A stretch of 64,000 nucleotides of DNA from an uncultured Hormoscilla sp. (GTDB lineage: Bacteria > Cyanobacteriota > Cyanobacteriia > Cyanobacteriales > Desertifilaceae). The stretch covers positions 3,136,001 to 3,200,000 of the forward strand of contig OZ001293.3 of the NCBI GenBank assembly GCA_963921275.4, read 5' to 3'. A model generated the notes under the pieces. That model was not told the DNA's origin. It saw only the letters and a list, made by a program, of their open reading frames with translations, and did no database searches. Below, piece after piece: positions 54,467-64,000 of this stretch. The translations under genes were made by a program, and so were the position numbers. Each line of letters begins with the position of its first letter. The first letter of the stretch is position 1.

Positions 54467-54742
54467 ATGGCTCTCCCGACCTCTGATACCCCCCTGTACA
54501 ACCATCCTCTCCCAGAAATTGAGCGCTGGCTCACCAACCAGGGATGCCAGCAAGACCGAGAACAACTCCACTGCTGGTACATCCAGCGAGCCAACTGGCA
54601 AGCAGAAATCAGCCTCGATATAGAACAGTTGACTGTCCGTTATATCAAAGCCAGTGAGGGAGGACGCGGCGACATTCAACGCGCCTTCAAATATTCCCTT
54701 AGTCGTAAAGATATTGAAGATGCTGTCTTCGCAGGACCTTAA
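54467..54742 (+). CDS. DUF3143 protein
   Basis: TPLYNHPLPEIERWL..FKYSLSRKDIEDAVFAGP. Confidence 0.85.
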   Translation: MALPTSDTPLYNHPLPEIERWLTNQGCQQDREQLHCWYIQRANWQAEISLDIEQLTVRYIKASEGGRGDIQRAFKYSLSRKDIEDAVFAGP

Positions 54743-54959
54743 TGACTTGTCAGTAGTCAGTGGTTAGTGGCCAGTGGTTAGTTGTCAGTGGTTAGTTGTC
54801 AGCGGTCAGTGATCGGTGGTCATTAATCAGCGATCGACTAATACCATTTTGGAAAAACAATGCTAGGATTACTTGAACATTATATTATTAGTCGGTTTTA
54901 ACCGACATAAAGCCGAGTTCCCTGGCTCCCGCCTGGGAACGCGAGGGTTTTAACCCTCC

Positions 54960-55028
54960 GTGTCTCGTGGGTAGTGCGAGTACGATGTCCCCGGGTAGTG
55001 CGGTTACGATGTCTCGGGAGTAGTGCGA
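54960..55028. repeat. tandem 24-25-nt micro-repeat modules (CGATGTCCCCGGGTAGTGCGGTTA)
   Basis: Three modules seen. Confidence 0.75.
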
Positions 55029-55473
55029 TTAGGTGATTTCTGGAAAATAAGATACCGATGCCTGAGAATGAAGTATGCTCTCGTCTAATTTGAGGGGTAC
55101 GCACTCAGTTTCTCAAACGCATGATACAGTGGGTCGATCGCATTGGTAAGCCCATGCAACTGCTCTACTTTCCGCCATACCATAGCTTCTACAATCCCAT
55201 TGAGCCTTGTTGGGGCATATTGAAACAATATCTTCATTGGCGCTAAACTCACCGATGTTCAGACCATGCTGGCTTGGGCGCAGAGTATGACTTGGAAAGG
55301 GCAGCGTCCAGTCTAGAAACTGAATCGCTCGGTTTATCAAAAGGGAATCTCTTTGAGCAAGAAAGAAATGCGCTCCTATTGAGAGGCGATTAGAGCGCAA
55401 TCCGATGTTGCCTAAGTGGGATATCCTGATTCGTCCGGCTTAGCTGGTACCTGATTTTCTGGAAATCGCCTTA
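55029..55473 (+). mobile_element. internally deleted ISAzo13 copy
   Basis: Both TIRs present; 55094-55473 nearly identical to 53388-53767. Confidence 0.88.
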
Positions 55474-55582
55474 TGGGTGTGGTCTTGCACCAGTTGGAAA
55501 AAAAAGGCCATATCTCTGACTATTTTACCAGTTGAGAGAGCATAAATTGCTCTACTAATTCAACTACTTTCGAGCGCGCATA

Positions 55583-55931
55583 TATTACATAGTAGCGCAC
55601 GTAATTCAAATTCTCCGTATTATCTGTAAATTTTGTATTATAAATCCCGACTTTACCCTTTTATACTACATTGGAGTACACAATTCAATTTTTTGTATGA
55701 TTTGTATTTTTATAATACAAATCCGGGTGATCGCCTGGCTTCCATATTACATAGTAGCGCACGTAATTCAAATTCTCCGTATTATCTGTAAATTTTGTAT
55801 TATAAATCCCGACTTTCTCCTTTAGTTTTATACTACATAGTAGCTCGCGTAATCCACATGCTTTGTATTACTTGCGATTTTTCTAATACAAGACGCTCGC
55901 CTGGCTTCCGTATTACATCGTAGCGCAGGTA
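55583..55931 (-). repeat. ~81-86-bp unit array (same family as 10610-11070), about 4.3 units, ABAB order
   Basis: Reverse complement reads ATAATACAAAATTTACAGATAATACGGAGAATTTGAATTACGTGCGCTACTATGTAATA. Confidence 0.85.
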
Positions 55932-55954
55932 AGGGTGTGGTCAAAACCCGTTGG

Positions 55955-56088
55955 TAAGGGAACTACAAAAAATAAATTCTCCAATTTAAGGAGTCTTTTT
56001 TTACTCCTCCTACTCCCTACTCCCTACTACTCCCCACTCCCCCACTCCCTGCTCAAAGATTGGTGATTTTTTTATTTGGAAGTCCCTA
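55955..56088. mobile_element. small MITE with internal CTCCC(T/C)A heptamers
   Basis: Imperfect TIRs AGGGAACTACAAAAAATAAA / TTTTTATTTGGAAGTCCCT. Confidence 0.5.
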
Positions 56089-56349
56089 AGGGATCCCCCC
56101 CAGCCCCCGGATCCCCCCTAACCCCCCTTAGCGACTTTTTCTGCTAACTTCTGAAACGCTTACCCCGTCTAGCATAGGAGCATTTCAGGGTAGGGGTCGG
56201 AGGGTCACTTCTGTGGGTTATGGAGGTAGAGGAAGAAAGAGAGTGCTGTAACAGCCAATGTCTAAAAATTAAGTAAAAATACGCTTGTGTTTTTTTGTAT
56301 GATATAATTAATAATCGTAGCATTTCACAATTATGGGAGGAGGATAAAT

Positions 56350-56877
56350 TATGTTAGATTGGGCAGCAATCTTCTCAAATTGCTCCTTGCGCTCTGGGTG
56401 GTCTCCAGTGGCCTTGGTCTTGAATGCCTTACGGCGACGAAAATTATGCTGTTTCAACAATTTATCTACCACGGTCACACTCACGTTAATCTCTTCTTCT
56501 TGGGCGAGTAAGTCGGCAATTTGCTGACGAGTCAGATGCGTCCATTTGAGCGATTCATCCATTGGCGAACCCGCTGTATGAGCCTCAACAACTCGAAGGA
56601 ATGCCTCATCTAATCTCTCTATCTGCTCCAATGCTTTTTTACCTCCACCCCCAGGGCGACGAATGCCCCTACTGCTCATCGCTTGGTCATCGGACAACTC
56701 TTTAAGCCCAAGGGGAATGGTGTGGGCATGGCAACCCATCAGTTGACTGATATAGCTTATGCCACCGTAGCCTAGCTTAAGTGCTTCGATGGCAGCGTAG
56801 CGGCGGCGGTCCTTCTCTGACAAGGACTTGTAGTATCGCTGCATCTGTTCTGAGATATCTGAGGGATAGGGTTGCAT
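56350..56877 (-). pseudogene. ISAzo13-family transposase N-terminal fragment
   Basis: LSEKDRRRYAAIEALKLGYGG..IRRPGGG..TAGSPM..LKWT. Confidence 0.85.
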
Positions 56878-57445
56878 CTTATTGTGCTTTCCATTATGTC
56901 GTTGTAGGGTATAAGCTAATTTTAGCGCCACATGACAATAGTTTGACAGTTTATTAAATTCTCATTCCTAAGGTCGAACAGAGAACGGAGAAGGGATAAA
57001 TCACGTTGAAGCAGGTTTTTACATGCTTAAAATTAACTATTACGTCCGAAATCCGAAAAATACCCACGCTAAAGCATGTAAAGAATGTCAGATATGAACT
57101 CTTAAGTCCCTATCTCTGAAGATATTTATGTTTAAGTATGGAAAAAGCGCTTGATTTAATAGAAATTGGGCGTTGCACATTTTGGGGATGGTACTCTTTT
57201 TGCACCAGCAAAACGCTACTGAAAGTCGCTTGTAGTCTAGGTTTAAAACTATTGCAACTGTGTCTATCATCCCGTCCGAAGTGCAACGCCAGAAATTCAA
57301 GTGGCGATATGCATAATAAGCATGTAAAAGTATGTGTTAACCTGGAGAAAAAAGTCCGAACTCGGAAGACAGAACGGGGGACAGGTTAAGAAATCGGCAA
57401 TTCAAGGAATTACCGACGGGTTTTGACCTCCCCCCCTACCTCTTA

Positions 57446-57690
57446 CAAGGGTAGGTTTTTTACAAAAAGGCAGTGACCGAACTTGGGAGACAAGGAGACA
57501 AGGAAGGAAAGGAAGAGAAAAATGATGACAGCAATGGTATATTCACCAAACCACTTTCCCTCCTTGTCTCCCTTATCTGTTCTGACGGCATCGGTTTTAT
57601 GGTTTTTTTGTTTTCTGAGAAGTCCACTTTCCCTCCTTGTCTCCCTTATCTGTTCGGAATTATATCGTTAATGTAAAAAATCTACCCCTG
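57446..57690. mobile_element. MITE with internal GGAGACAA repeats
   Basis: TIRs CAAGGGTAGGTTTTTTACA / TGTAAAAAATCTACCCCTG. Confidence 0.7.
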
Positions 57691-57711
57691 TGAGCTCCCC
57701 TACCCCCACCT

Positions 57712-57954
57712 GTACTACGAAGCAAATCACGTAATTCCAGATTTTTGTATTATTCGTACTTTTTGTATTATTTGCCAGGCTAGCACCTCCATTTCATATT
57801 ACCTCTTGTAGTTGAGTCGGGCCGTGATTATCATTTGAAATAGTCGGAGCTTCACCTTTCCAAAACCCAACTGGTGCAAGACCACACCCCTATAACACCT
57901 GTCCGGCAGGGCATAGATTGCTCTACTAATTCAACTAATGCACGACCACACCCC
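57712..57954 (-). repeat. single array unit followed by two GACCACACCCC-type ends
   Basis: CACGTAATTC..GTATTATTCGTACTTTTTGTATTAT; CCAACTGGTGCAAGACCACACCCC; CAACTAATGCACGACCACACCCC. Confidence 0.7.
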
Positions 57955-58001
57955 CTCGTTATCAATGGGTTTGGCAATGCCAGAATCTTGAATTGCTTAG
58001 C

Positions 58002-59000
58002 TTATGGGACTTGCCAAATCCGCTGATGATAACGATCTAAATTAGCATAGGGGTCGCGCCACACCCCATCGCGATCGCGGTCGTCGCGATGATGGTGGTG
58101 TCCGCGATCGCGATGGTGAGAGTGACTGTCAGCAGATCGATCGCCGCTCGCCTGCAGCCGGAATTTGCACATCTCGCAGTTCATTTGCACTTGGGACAGC
58201 TGAGTTTCAATCTCTCGTTCCCTCAGAACGGAGAGTAACTGCCTATGAACGCCCATTTCGGGCAGGCAAACATGAGCAATTTCGGGATATAGTTCTTGCT
58301 GTTGGGCCGTGATGTCAAAAATCTTTTTCACCAACACGCCTGTAAACAAGAAATAGGGTAGCACAATGATCCGTTTTGGCTGGTATAATCGAGCCCGACG
58401 AAAGCCTTCCTCTAACCGAGGGTGGGTAATGCCGATAAAACAGGTTTCCAGCGTTTGATAGCCACTACCTTCCCAGATCATCCGGGCCAGTTTGTACAGA
58501 TCTCCGTTGGCATCCGGGTCGCTGGAACCTCGACCAACAAATAGTAACGCGGTCTCGGAACATTGGTATTGCGGTTCGTCTAGCTGGGCCAGGCGATCGC
58601 CCCACAACTTCAGGATCCCGGGAGTAATGCCAAAATGCCGTCCGTAGTGAAATTCGATCTGCCGATGACGCTGTCGCGCCCGGTCTAACTCCGACGTAAC
58701 ATCAAACTTATTGTGCCGTGCCGCAAACAGCAGAATGGGTAAAGCGGAAATTTCCTTATAACCCAGTTCCACGCAGCGATCGACCCCCTCTTGAATGGTC
58801 GGTTCCGTCAGTTCCAGAAAACATGGTATCACGGGTCTGGATGGGTCAAGGGCGTGATAGGCTCGAGCAAAATCGATAAAGGCCTGACGTCCTTGCTCGT
58901 CGCGGGTTCCGTGCCCGATCGCCAACAGCGGGCGTTGCAGCGGTAGTGGCGGTAATTCTAGAAGTGGTTTCCGATTATCCTGAGTTGCGAGTTGTTGCAT
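58002..59000 (-). CDS. cbiX: sirohydrochlorin cobaltochelatase with His-rich tail
   Basis: [39 protein letters not shown]. Confidence 0.93.
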   Translation of the reverse strand: MQQLATQDNRKPLLELPPLPLQRPLLAIGHGTRDEQGRQAFIDFARAYHALDPSRPVIPCFLELTEPTIQEGVDRCVELGYKEISALPILLFAARHNKFDVTSELDRARQRHRQIEFHYGRHFGITPGILKLWGDRLAQLDEPQYQCSETALLFVGRGSSDPDANGDLYKLARMIWEGSGYQTLETCFIGITHPRLEEGFRRARLYQPKRIIVLPYFLFTGVLVKKIFDITAQQQELYPEIAHVCLPEMGVHRQLLSVLREREIETQLSQVQMNCEMCKFRLQASGDRSADSHSHHRDRGHHHHRDDRDRDGVWRDPYANLDRYHQRIWQVP

Positions 59001-59044
59001 TAATACCTTTTTCCCGTGCGAAGCGGGAAATTTAGTTTACAAGT

Positions 59045-59135
59045 AACAGCTAGGTATTCTGGCCGAAGATTTGTCCTTTATAGCTGCCCCACAGCCCCGG
59101 ACTTGCACCGGTGTTTCCCTAGGCTGCTGCAATTT
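59045..59135 (-). promoter_or_regulatory. cobalamin riboswitch (possibly degenerate)
   Basis: AGGGAAACACCGGTGCAAGTCCGGGGCTGT..GCAGCT..GCCAGAATACC directly upstream of cbiX. Confidence 0.75.
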
Positions 59136-59417
59136 GTGGGTGCTTTGATATCTTAGCCCATTTTCCTGCTACTGACTTTTGACCTTTTTTTGAGGGTGGG
59201 CGATCGCCACCAGCGTCTGAGATGATATAATATTATCGGCCTTGCGCATTTTTGGGATGATAGCAGTCAATGGTTGAAAATTGAAAATTGTTTATTTGTC
59301 TATTTATGAACATCTATAACTATTTCAATTGACCATTGACAATTAACAATTTTCAACCCCTATCATTCCGTAGTCGTGCAACGCCATATAATCTACAGTT
59401 ATCCGATCTCATCCATT

Positions 59418-59696
59418 ATGCAACGATCTCCCTCCCGCAAGAACATTCCGCCCAAAATTAGCACCCTACCCCGTCATAAGTCGGAAGCAGCGGACTATCT
59501 GCGCATGTATCAGATGGCGATCGAAAAGAGACGCCTCCAGCAAGAACTGGACAACCTAGATTTACGCCGCGAACAGATTCACCAGCGCCTCTCCATGCTG
59601 GATCGGGAGATGGGCGAGATTACTAACAGCAGTAAGTTACAACTTGAAAACCCGGAAGCAACTCCACAAATGGTGGCGGTTTCTCGCGTCAATTAA
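59418..59696 (+). CDS. small coiled-coil protein resembling gas vesicle protein GvpV
   Basis: PKISTLPR..YL.MYQMAIEKRRLQQEL recalled from GvpV-like proteins. Confidence 0.5.
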   Translation: MQRSPSRKNIPPKISTLPRHKSEAADYLRMYQMAIEKRRLQQELDNLDLRREQIHQRLSMLDREMGEITNSSKLQLENPEATPQMVAVSRVN

Positions 59697-59926
59697 GTTC
59701 AAAGAATACAGAGGAAACCGACTCCTAAACCCCAAAATTCTCAGCCGGAAAAGTTTCATGTCTTCCCCGTTCGTAGTAAGAACTAAAGTCCTTCCCCGTT
59801 CGTAGTAAAGACTAAAGTCCTTCCCCGAGCAGTGGGTTAAGGGCAGAATCATCGGGTGCATCGAAATGTTAGCTGCGGCTATATTCCCTCTTTTCCCCGG
59901 AAACCCGGTTTTTTGGTAAAACTGAA

Positions 59927-60145
59927 TGTGGTCTTGCAATATTTAGTAAAAAATGTCATATCTGACTATATTACCGGTTGATAAGCGGCTCCCGCTAGCT
60001 TTTGCCCTACAACTTTTATATATAATACACCAAGCATTACGCGCGCTACTATGTAATCTGCCGGGTCGGCTCCCGCCCGCTCCGAGCAGACAAAGGATTA
60101 CGTATAATACACAAAGAATTACGCGCGCTGCTATGGGATCTGCCA
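59927..60145 (+). repeat. degenerate TGTGGTCTTGCA end plus two array units
   Basis: TATAATACAC..ATTACGCGCGCT(A/G)CTATG twice, about 82 bp apart. Confidence 0.7.
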
Positions 60146-60476
60146 GCGTCGATGGCCGGGATATCAACTGCTTTTGACCGCACCCAACTGAATTTCTGAC
60201 GGCGGTTTTCAAGAAAAGAGAATACAGTTCGCGGGTTACGCAAAAATATCGCTTGACATGACGTAATATAATATATTATCACCCATGTCAAGCGGTACTT
60301 TCGGCAGAATTGGTTTACTCGCTGCTGCTATTGTAGTCTATTAACTTAAAAATCGCTGTCAGGCATTAGGCAACGTTGTTGGAAATTTATTGTAGCTGCA
60401 AGTATTGGCTATCATTCAAAAAACCTATGTTTGCCAGGAAGCATCACCAGCTTAAATTCAGCTTTGCAGACATACC

Positions 60477-61145
60477 CTAGGTTCCTAGTCGTCCCCAAAA
60501 TAGAGCCACGCATCCAATTGTTTTCACTGAACTCTCTGAAAAATTATGGAACATAATTTTCTTTAACTCTTCTAAACTATCATTTTCATTGGTAAAGATG
60601 CCTTTCTTGTTATAAACATCCATTAAACGCCGGGCCAGAAAATTTCGTTTAACTCCGACCGTTAGAATAGTTGAACCAAAAACAACCCCACCAGGATTCA
60701 GCAAAGGCAAAATATTCTCAAAAACAACTGCTTTCGTTAGCATTGTCTCCGGTAAACAGTGGAGTAAATAATTCAATCCCACTGAATCAAACCCTTGACC
60801 GTCAAGCTGGATTGGCTTCAAGATATTCCTTCTGTAAGCAACGGGGTAATAACGTGCAACCCGGCGAGAAGTTACTTCTAAACTGTTAGGGTTTAAATCC
60901 ATTAATGCCAGTCGAGGGTTATTTGTAGGAAAAGTGCAACGGTCTAGGAAAAAACCAGTCCCAACACCTATGTCAAGATGATTGTCTGAAATCCGCTGAT
61001 TGTAAAGTTCTAGTAGGTGGGATGACGGACATTTCCATATAAACTGATTAGAGATTCCCAGCACCACTAGGTCGTAGATGGCTAAAGTCAGCTTAGTGTA
61101 AGCGGCCTGTCCCACCTCTGCTTGTTGCTCGGCGATCTTTGTCAT
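60477..61145 (-). CDS. class I SAM-dependent methyltransferase
   Basis: HLDIGVGTG, LMDLNPNSL, FDSVGLNYLLHCLP. Confidence 0.9.
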   Translation of the reverse strand: MTKIAEQQAEVGQAAYTKLTLAIYDLVVLGISNQFIWKCPSSHLLELYNQRISDNHLDIGVGTGFFLDRCTFPTNNPRLALMDLNPNSLEVTSRRVARYYPVAYRRNILKPIQLDGQGFDSVGLNYLLHCLPETMLTKAVVFENILPLLNPGGVVFGSTILTVGVKRNFLARRLMDVYNKKGIFTNENDSLEELKKIMFHNFSESSVKTIGCVALFWGRLGT

Positions 61146-61520
61146 GGTTATCCTTTTATTCCTTAGATTGAGATGCTCCCGATCGATCGTTGTTGTTGGG
61201 TTTCTTTCTACTGGACAGTGCGAAGTTCAAAGGTAACTGCTTGCCATCGGCTGGTTTCAGCTAGATCGGGCTTTATTGGGCCGATCGCCAAGTCAAGCTA
61301 AGGGTTTCAGCTTTTGGACGAGGTCGTCAGGGGAGCTTCGCACTCTCCAGTAACCCAAGTTCCTGCCCTATAAAACAATCCACCTGGCAGACCGAGCTGT
61401 TGATAATTTCGGGGCCTTATGACTGCTCTTCCCATTTGGGGACTAGAAAACGGCTCGGATGAAGCGATTATTCTTGTCCGGGTCGTGCGAGTCACAACTT
61501 TAGTTATTTTACTATAGCAA

Positions 61521-61672
61521 ACCTAAGTTGCTACCTATAGAACGTCAACATCGAAATTCGTCAAAATTGGCCTTTATAGCCTTGTTATTTACCCCCAAAT
61601 AGCATTCTTGCGTAGAAATTAACCAAAAATAGCTGTCAGGGAGGTATAATTTTTATAGGTAGCAACTTGAGC
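61521..61672. mobile_element. 152-bp MITE with IS982-type ends
   Basis: ACCTAAGTTGCTACCTATA...TATAGGTAGCAACTTGAGC; TSD TATAGCAA. Confidence 0.85.
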
Positions 61673-61886
61673 TATAGCAATTCCCTTGACGGCTACCAAC
61701 GGAAAGCGGGACAAATTTGCTCTAGCGAGTCCACGATGTTCCCCGAAAGCGCTAAAAGCACTACCCGGGAACATCGTGCTGAAATCCCTGTGGGCTGGAA
61801 GCCTTGCATCAGGGGCTGTTCCGGCTTAAGTTGGCAGCCCAAGCATCGATATTACAAGAAAAAATCATGATTGCTAATATTATATA

Positions 61887-62909
61887 ACCTAAGTTGCGAC
61901 CTATTTAAAAAAATATGAATTACCCACTTAGACTTTACAGATATTTTGAGGGTTTTTGTAGCCCTAGATACAAAATTATCTTTTTATTGCGCTAGGCGGC
62001 GGGTTGGCTGTTTAGAGGGCTGTTTAGAGGTTATAATGTACTAAAATAACAGTTAATTGCTGGTTCTGTAGATTATGGAAGATATGATTACAACAATTTT
62101 TGTTCTTGGCGACGAGCTACTAAAAGCTTTGAATATAAAAGAAGATCCACAAGGAAAAATGAACAATGCAGAGGTGATGACGGTAGGATTGGTTGCTGCA
62201 TATTTTTTTGGAGGACACCACGAGCGCTCTTGTCAATTTATGGTGGAACACAATTATCTAAAAATTTGTTAAGTAAAAGTAGATTCAATAGGAGATTACA
62301 TAATATAGGCGAACCTATTTGGATGCTTTTATTCCAAGTCATAGCTCAAACATTTAAAGAGCTAAATCCAGATCGAGAATATATTATTGATAGTTACCTT
62401 GTGCCAGTCTGTGACAATATTAGGATTGATAGATGTAAGATTTATAAGCAAGAAGAATATCGAGGATATATTGCAAGTAAAAAACGTTATTTTTATGGAT
62501 TAAGGGTTCGTATGTTAGTAAACAAAAGTGGAAATCCAATAGAATTTCATCTAGCCCCGGCTAGTTATAATGACCTTAAAGTTCTGCAATCTTTTTGCTT
62601 CGATTTATCATCAAAGTCTCTAGTTTATGGAGACAAAGCTTATAAGGATTATCAATTAGAATATTTACTAAAAGAGTCGGCAAAGATCGAATTAAAACCT
62701 TTGCGAAAAAATAATTAGAAAAGGAAAGAATCTCCTTGTTTTGAATATATACAAAAAGTAACTAGGAAACAATTTGAAACATGTTTTAGTCGGATAACTA
62801 ATTTGTTCCCCAAGTCAATTCATGCCGTTACATCCAAATGATTTGAATTGAAAATAATTCTCTTTATCATCGCTTTTTGTCTTCAATTTTTATAGGTCGC
62901 AACTTAAGT
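61887..62909 (+). mobile_element. IS982-family element with pseudogenized transposase
   Basis: Paralog of 11182..12193; TSD TATATA; frameshift near 62260 and stops. Confidence 0.9.
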
Positions 62910-63509
62910 TATATAGTATTTGATTATGTATGTTAAGTAATATTTGATTGTCCCTAATTATGGTTTTACTGCCAGAATCCCAAGGTTATTTGACTATATT
63001 TGGCTTTGCTAGCCAGGCCCATTTTTTTAAATATCTGATAGATTTGACTAGACTTCGATGGCATGATTAGGAGGCGGGAGCCTCAGAAGGCCGTTCCCAG
63101 GGTAGAACCTAAAAACGAGAGGGTAGTTGTTTTGATAGCGATCAATATGTAGTGATTTGACCACGGTCCCTGGTTTCAGGCGCTAAAATCCCTACTTGCG
63201 ACCCGCTACCTTCATTAACTACATCTTGCCATATTCCTATTCCCGATAGTGGTCAAATAAGCGCGATCTGATACGGTCCCCCAGGCTTCCGCAGGCGCTC
63301 AAACCGCCACTCACGACCCGCAACCGCGCTACCCAGGACACACCGCCCGTTTCCTGGCCAGACGGATGATAGTTTGTTCGGGAACTTGCTTGCCCCGATA
63401 TTCCCATTCTAATAGAATCCCCCCCTGGGAAGCGCCTTAGCAAAACTTTACTTCTAACCAAAATATATACTCTCAAAGAAATAGGATTGCGCTTTTTTTG
63501 GCATTGAAT

Positions 63510-63924
63510 GGGGTATGGTCTTGCACCAGTTGGTAAGTCGCGCGTTCCCGCGGGTAAAATTATGGCGATTTCACTGATTGATAAGCGGCGATCGCACGAC
63601 TGTGTCTTACTAATGATTACATATAACACATTGTTGGAGGATTACGTGCGCTACTAGATAATCTGCGGAGGCCCGGCTTTGTATTATCAATAATTACAGG
63701 TAACACGGAAGTTCTAGTATTACGTGTTATAATATAATTCTTAAGGCCCCCGTCGGGCCTTGTATTATTAATGATGACAAGTAACCCGTTCTTGTCTTAT
63801 GTGCGCTACAATGTAATATTTCAGCAACGTTCGCTACGTCTCCTAGGAGCACCTCGTTTCCAGGAGACCGCAGCAGTGTCGCAATCCTTTTGGCCAGGAT
63901 ATCAACAAATGCATGACCACACCC
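63510..63924. mobile_element. putative non-autonomous element with GGGT(G/A)TGGTC ends enclosing degenerate array units
   Basis: GGGTATGGTCTTGCACCAGTTGGTA vs reverse-complemented right end GGGTGTGGTCATGCATTTGTTGATA; internal ATTACGTGCGCTACT boxes. Confidence 0.6.
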
Positions 63925-64000
63925 ATTGGTAGGGTACACCGAACGCTTGCCAACTGGTGCCAGGTCACGTTTCCCCCACGACCTCAAAGCCGCAGTCAGA

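Noticed and set aside
56950..57420. Additional IS or gene
   Set aside because: No recognisable motifs or paired ends that I can support
63130..63430. Protein-coding gene
   Set aside because: Possible decayed remnant with stops; no family recognised

Overview
Window from a cyanobacterial chromosome: HIP1 (GCGATCGC) is abundant, and it carries ccmK3/ccmK4 and heptamer repeats. It is probably a filamentous Oscillatoriales-type genome (inference). Islands of intact housekeeping genes (infC, ilvN, ccmK3/4, comB, cbiX with a cobalamin riboswitch, yaaW-like, O-antigen ligase, J-domain/DUF3143) sit among many pseudogenes and mobile elements. Mobile elements include IS982 (x2 plus a MITE), ISKra4, IS1182, ISAzo13 (x3), ISL3 and several MITEs. 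There is one full RT/maturase/HNH group II intron and three ORF-less group II introns. Decayed defence loci include an Eco29kI-type RM system, an HNH-helicase, a TerY-P-like triad, Rpn genes, PIN/DUF433 TA pairs and an orphan toxin-immunity pair. Most notable: (1) the three ORF-less introns share a scaffold, each has an EBS1 matching its own target, and restoring host reading frames places their 3' end at ...CCCCGACC. (2) A dispersed family of ~84-bp tandem arrays with conserved boxes, variable segments and a HIP1 site per unit is often associated with GGGTGTGGTC-type ends. (3) A modular palindromic micro-repeat inserts into ORFs, often in frame. All calls were made by eye; no database searches were run.
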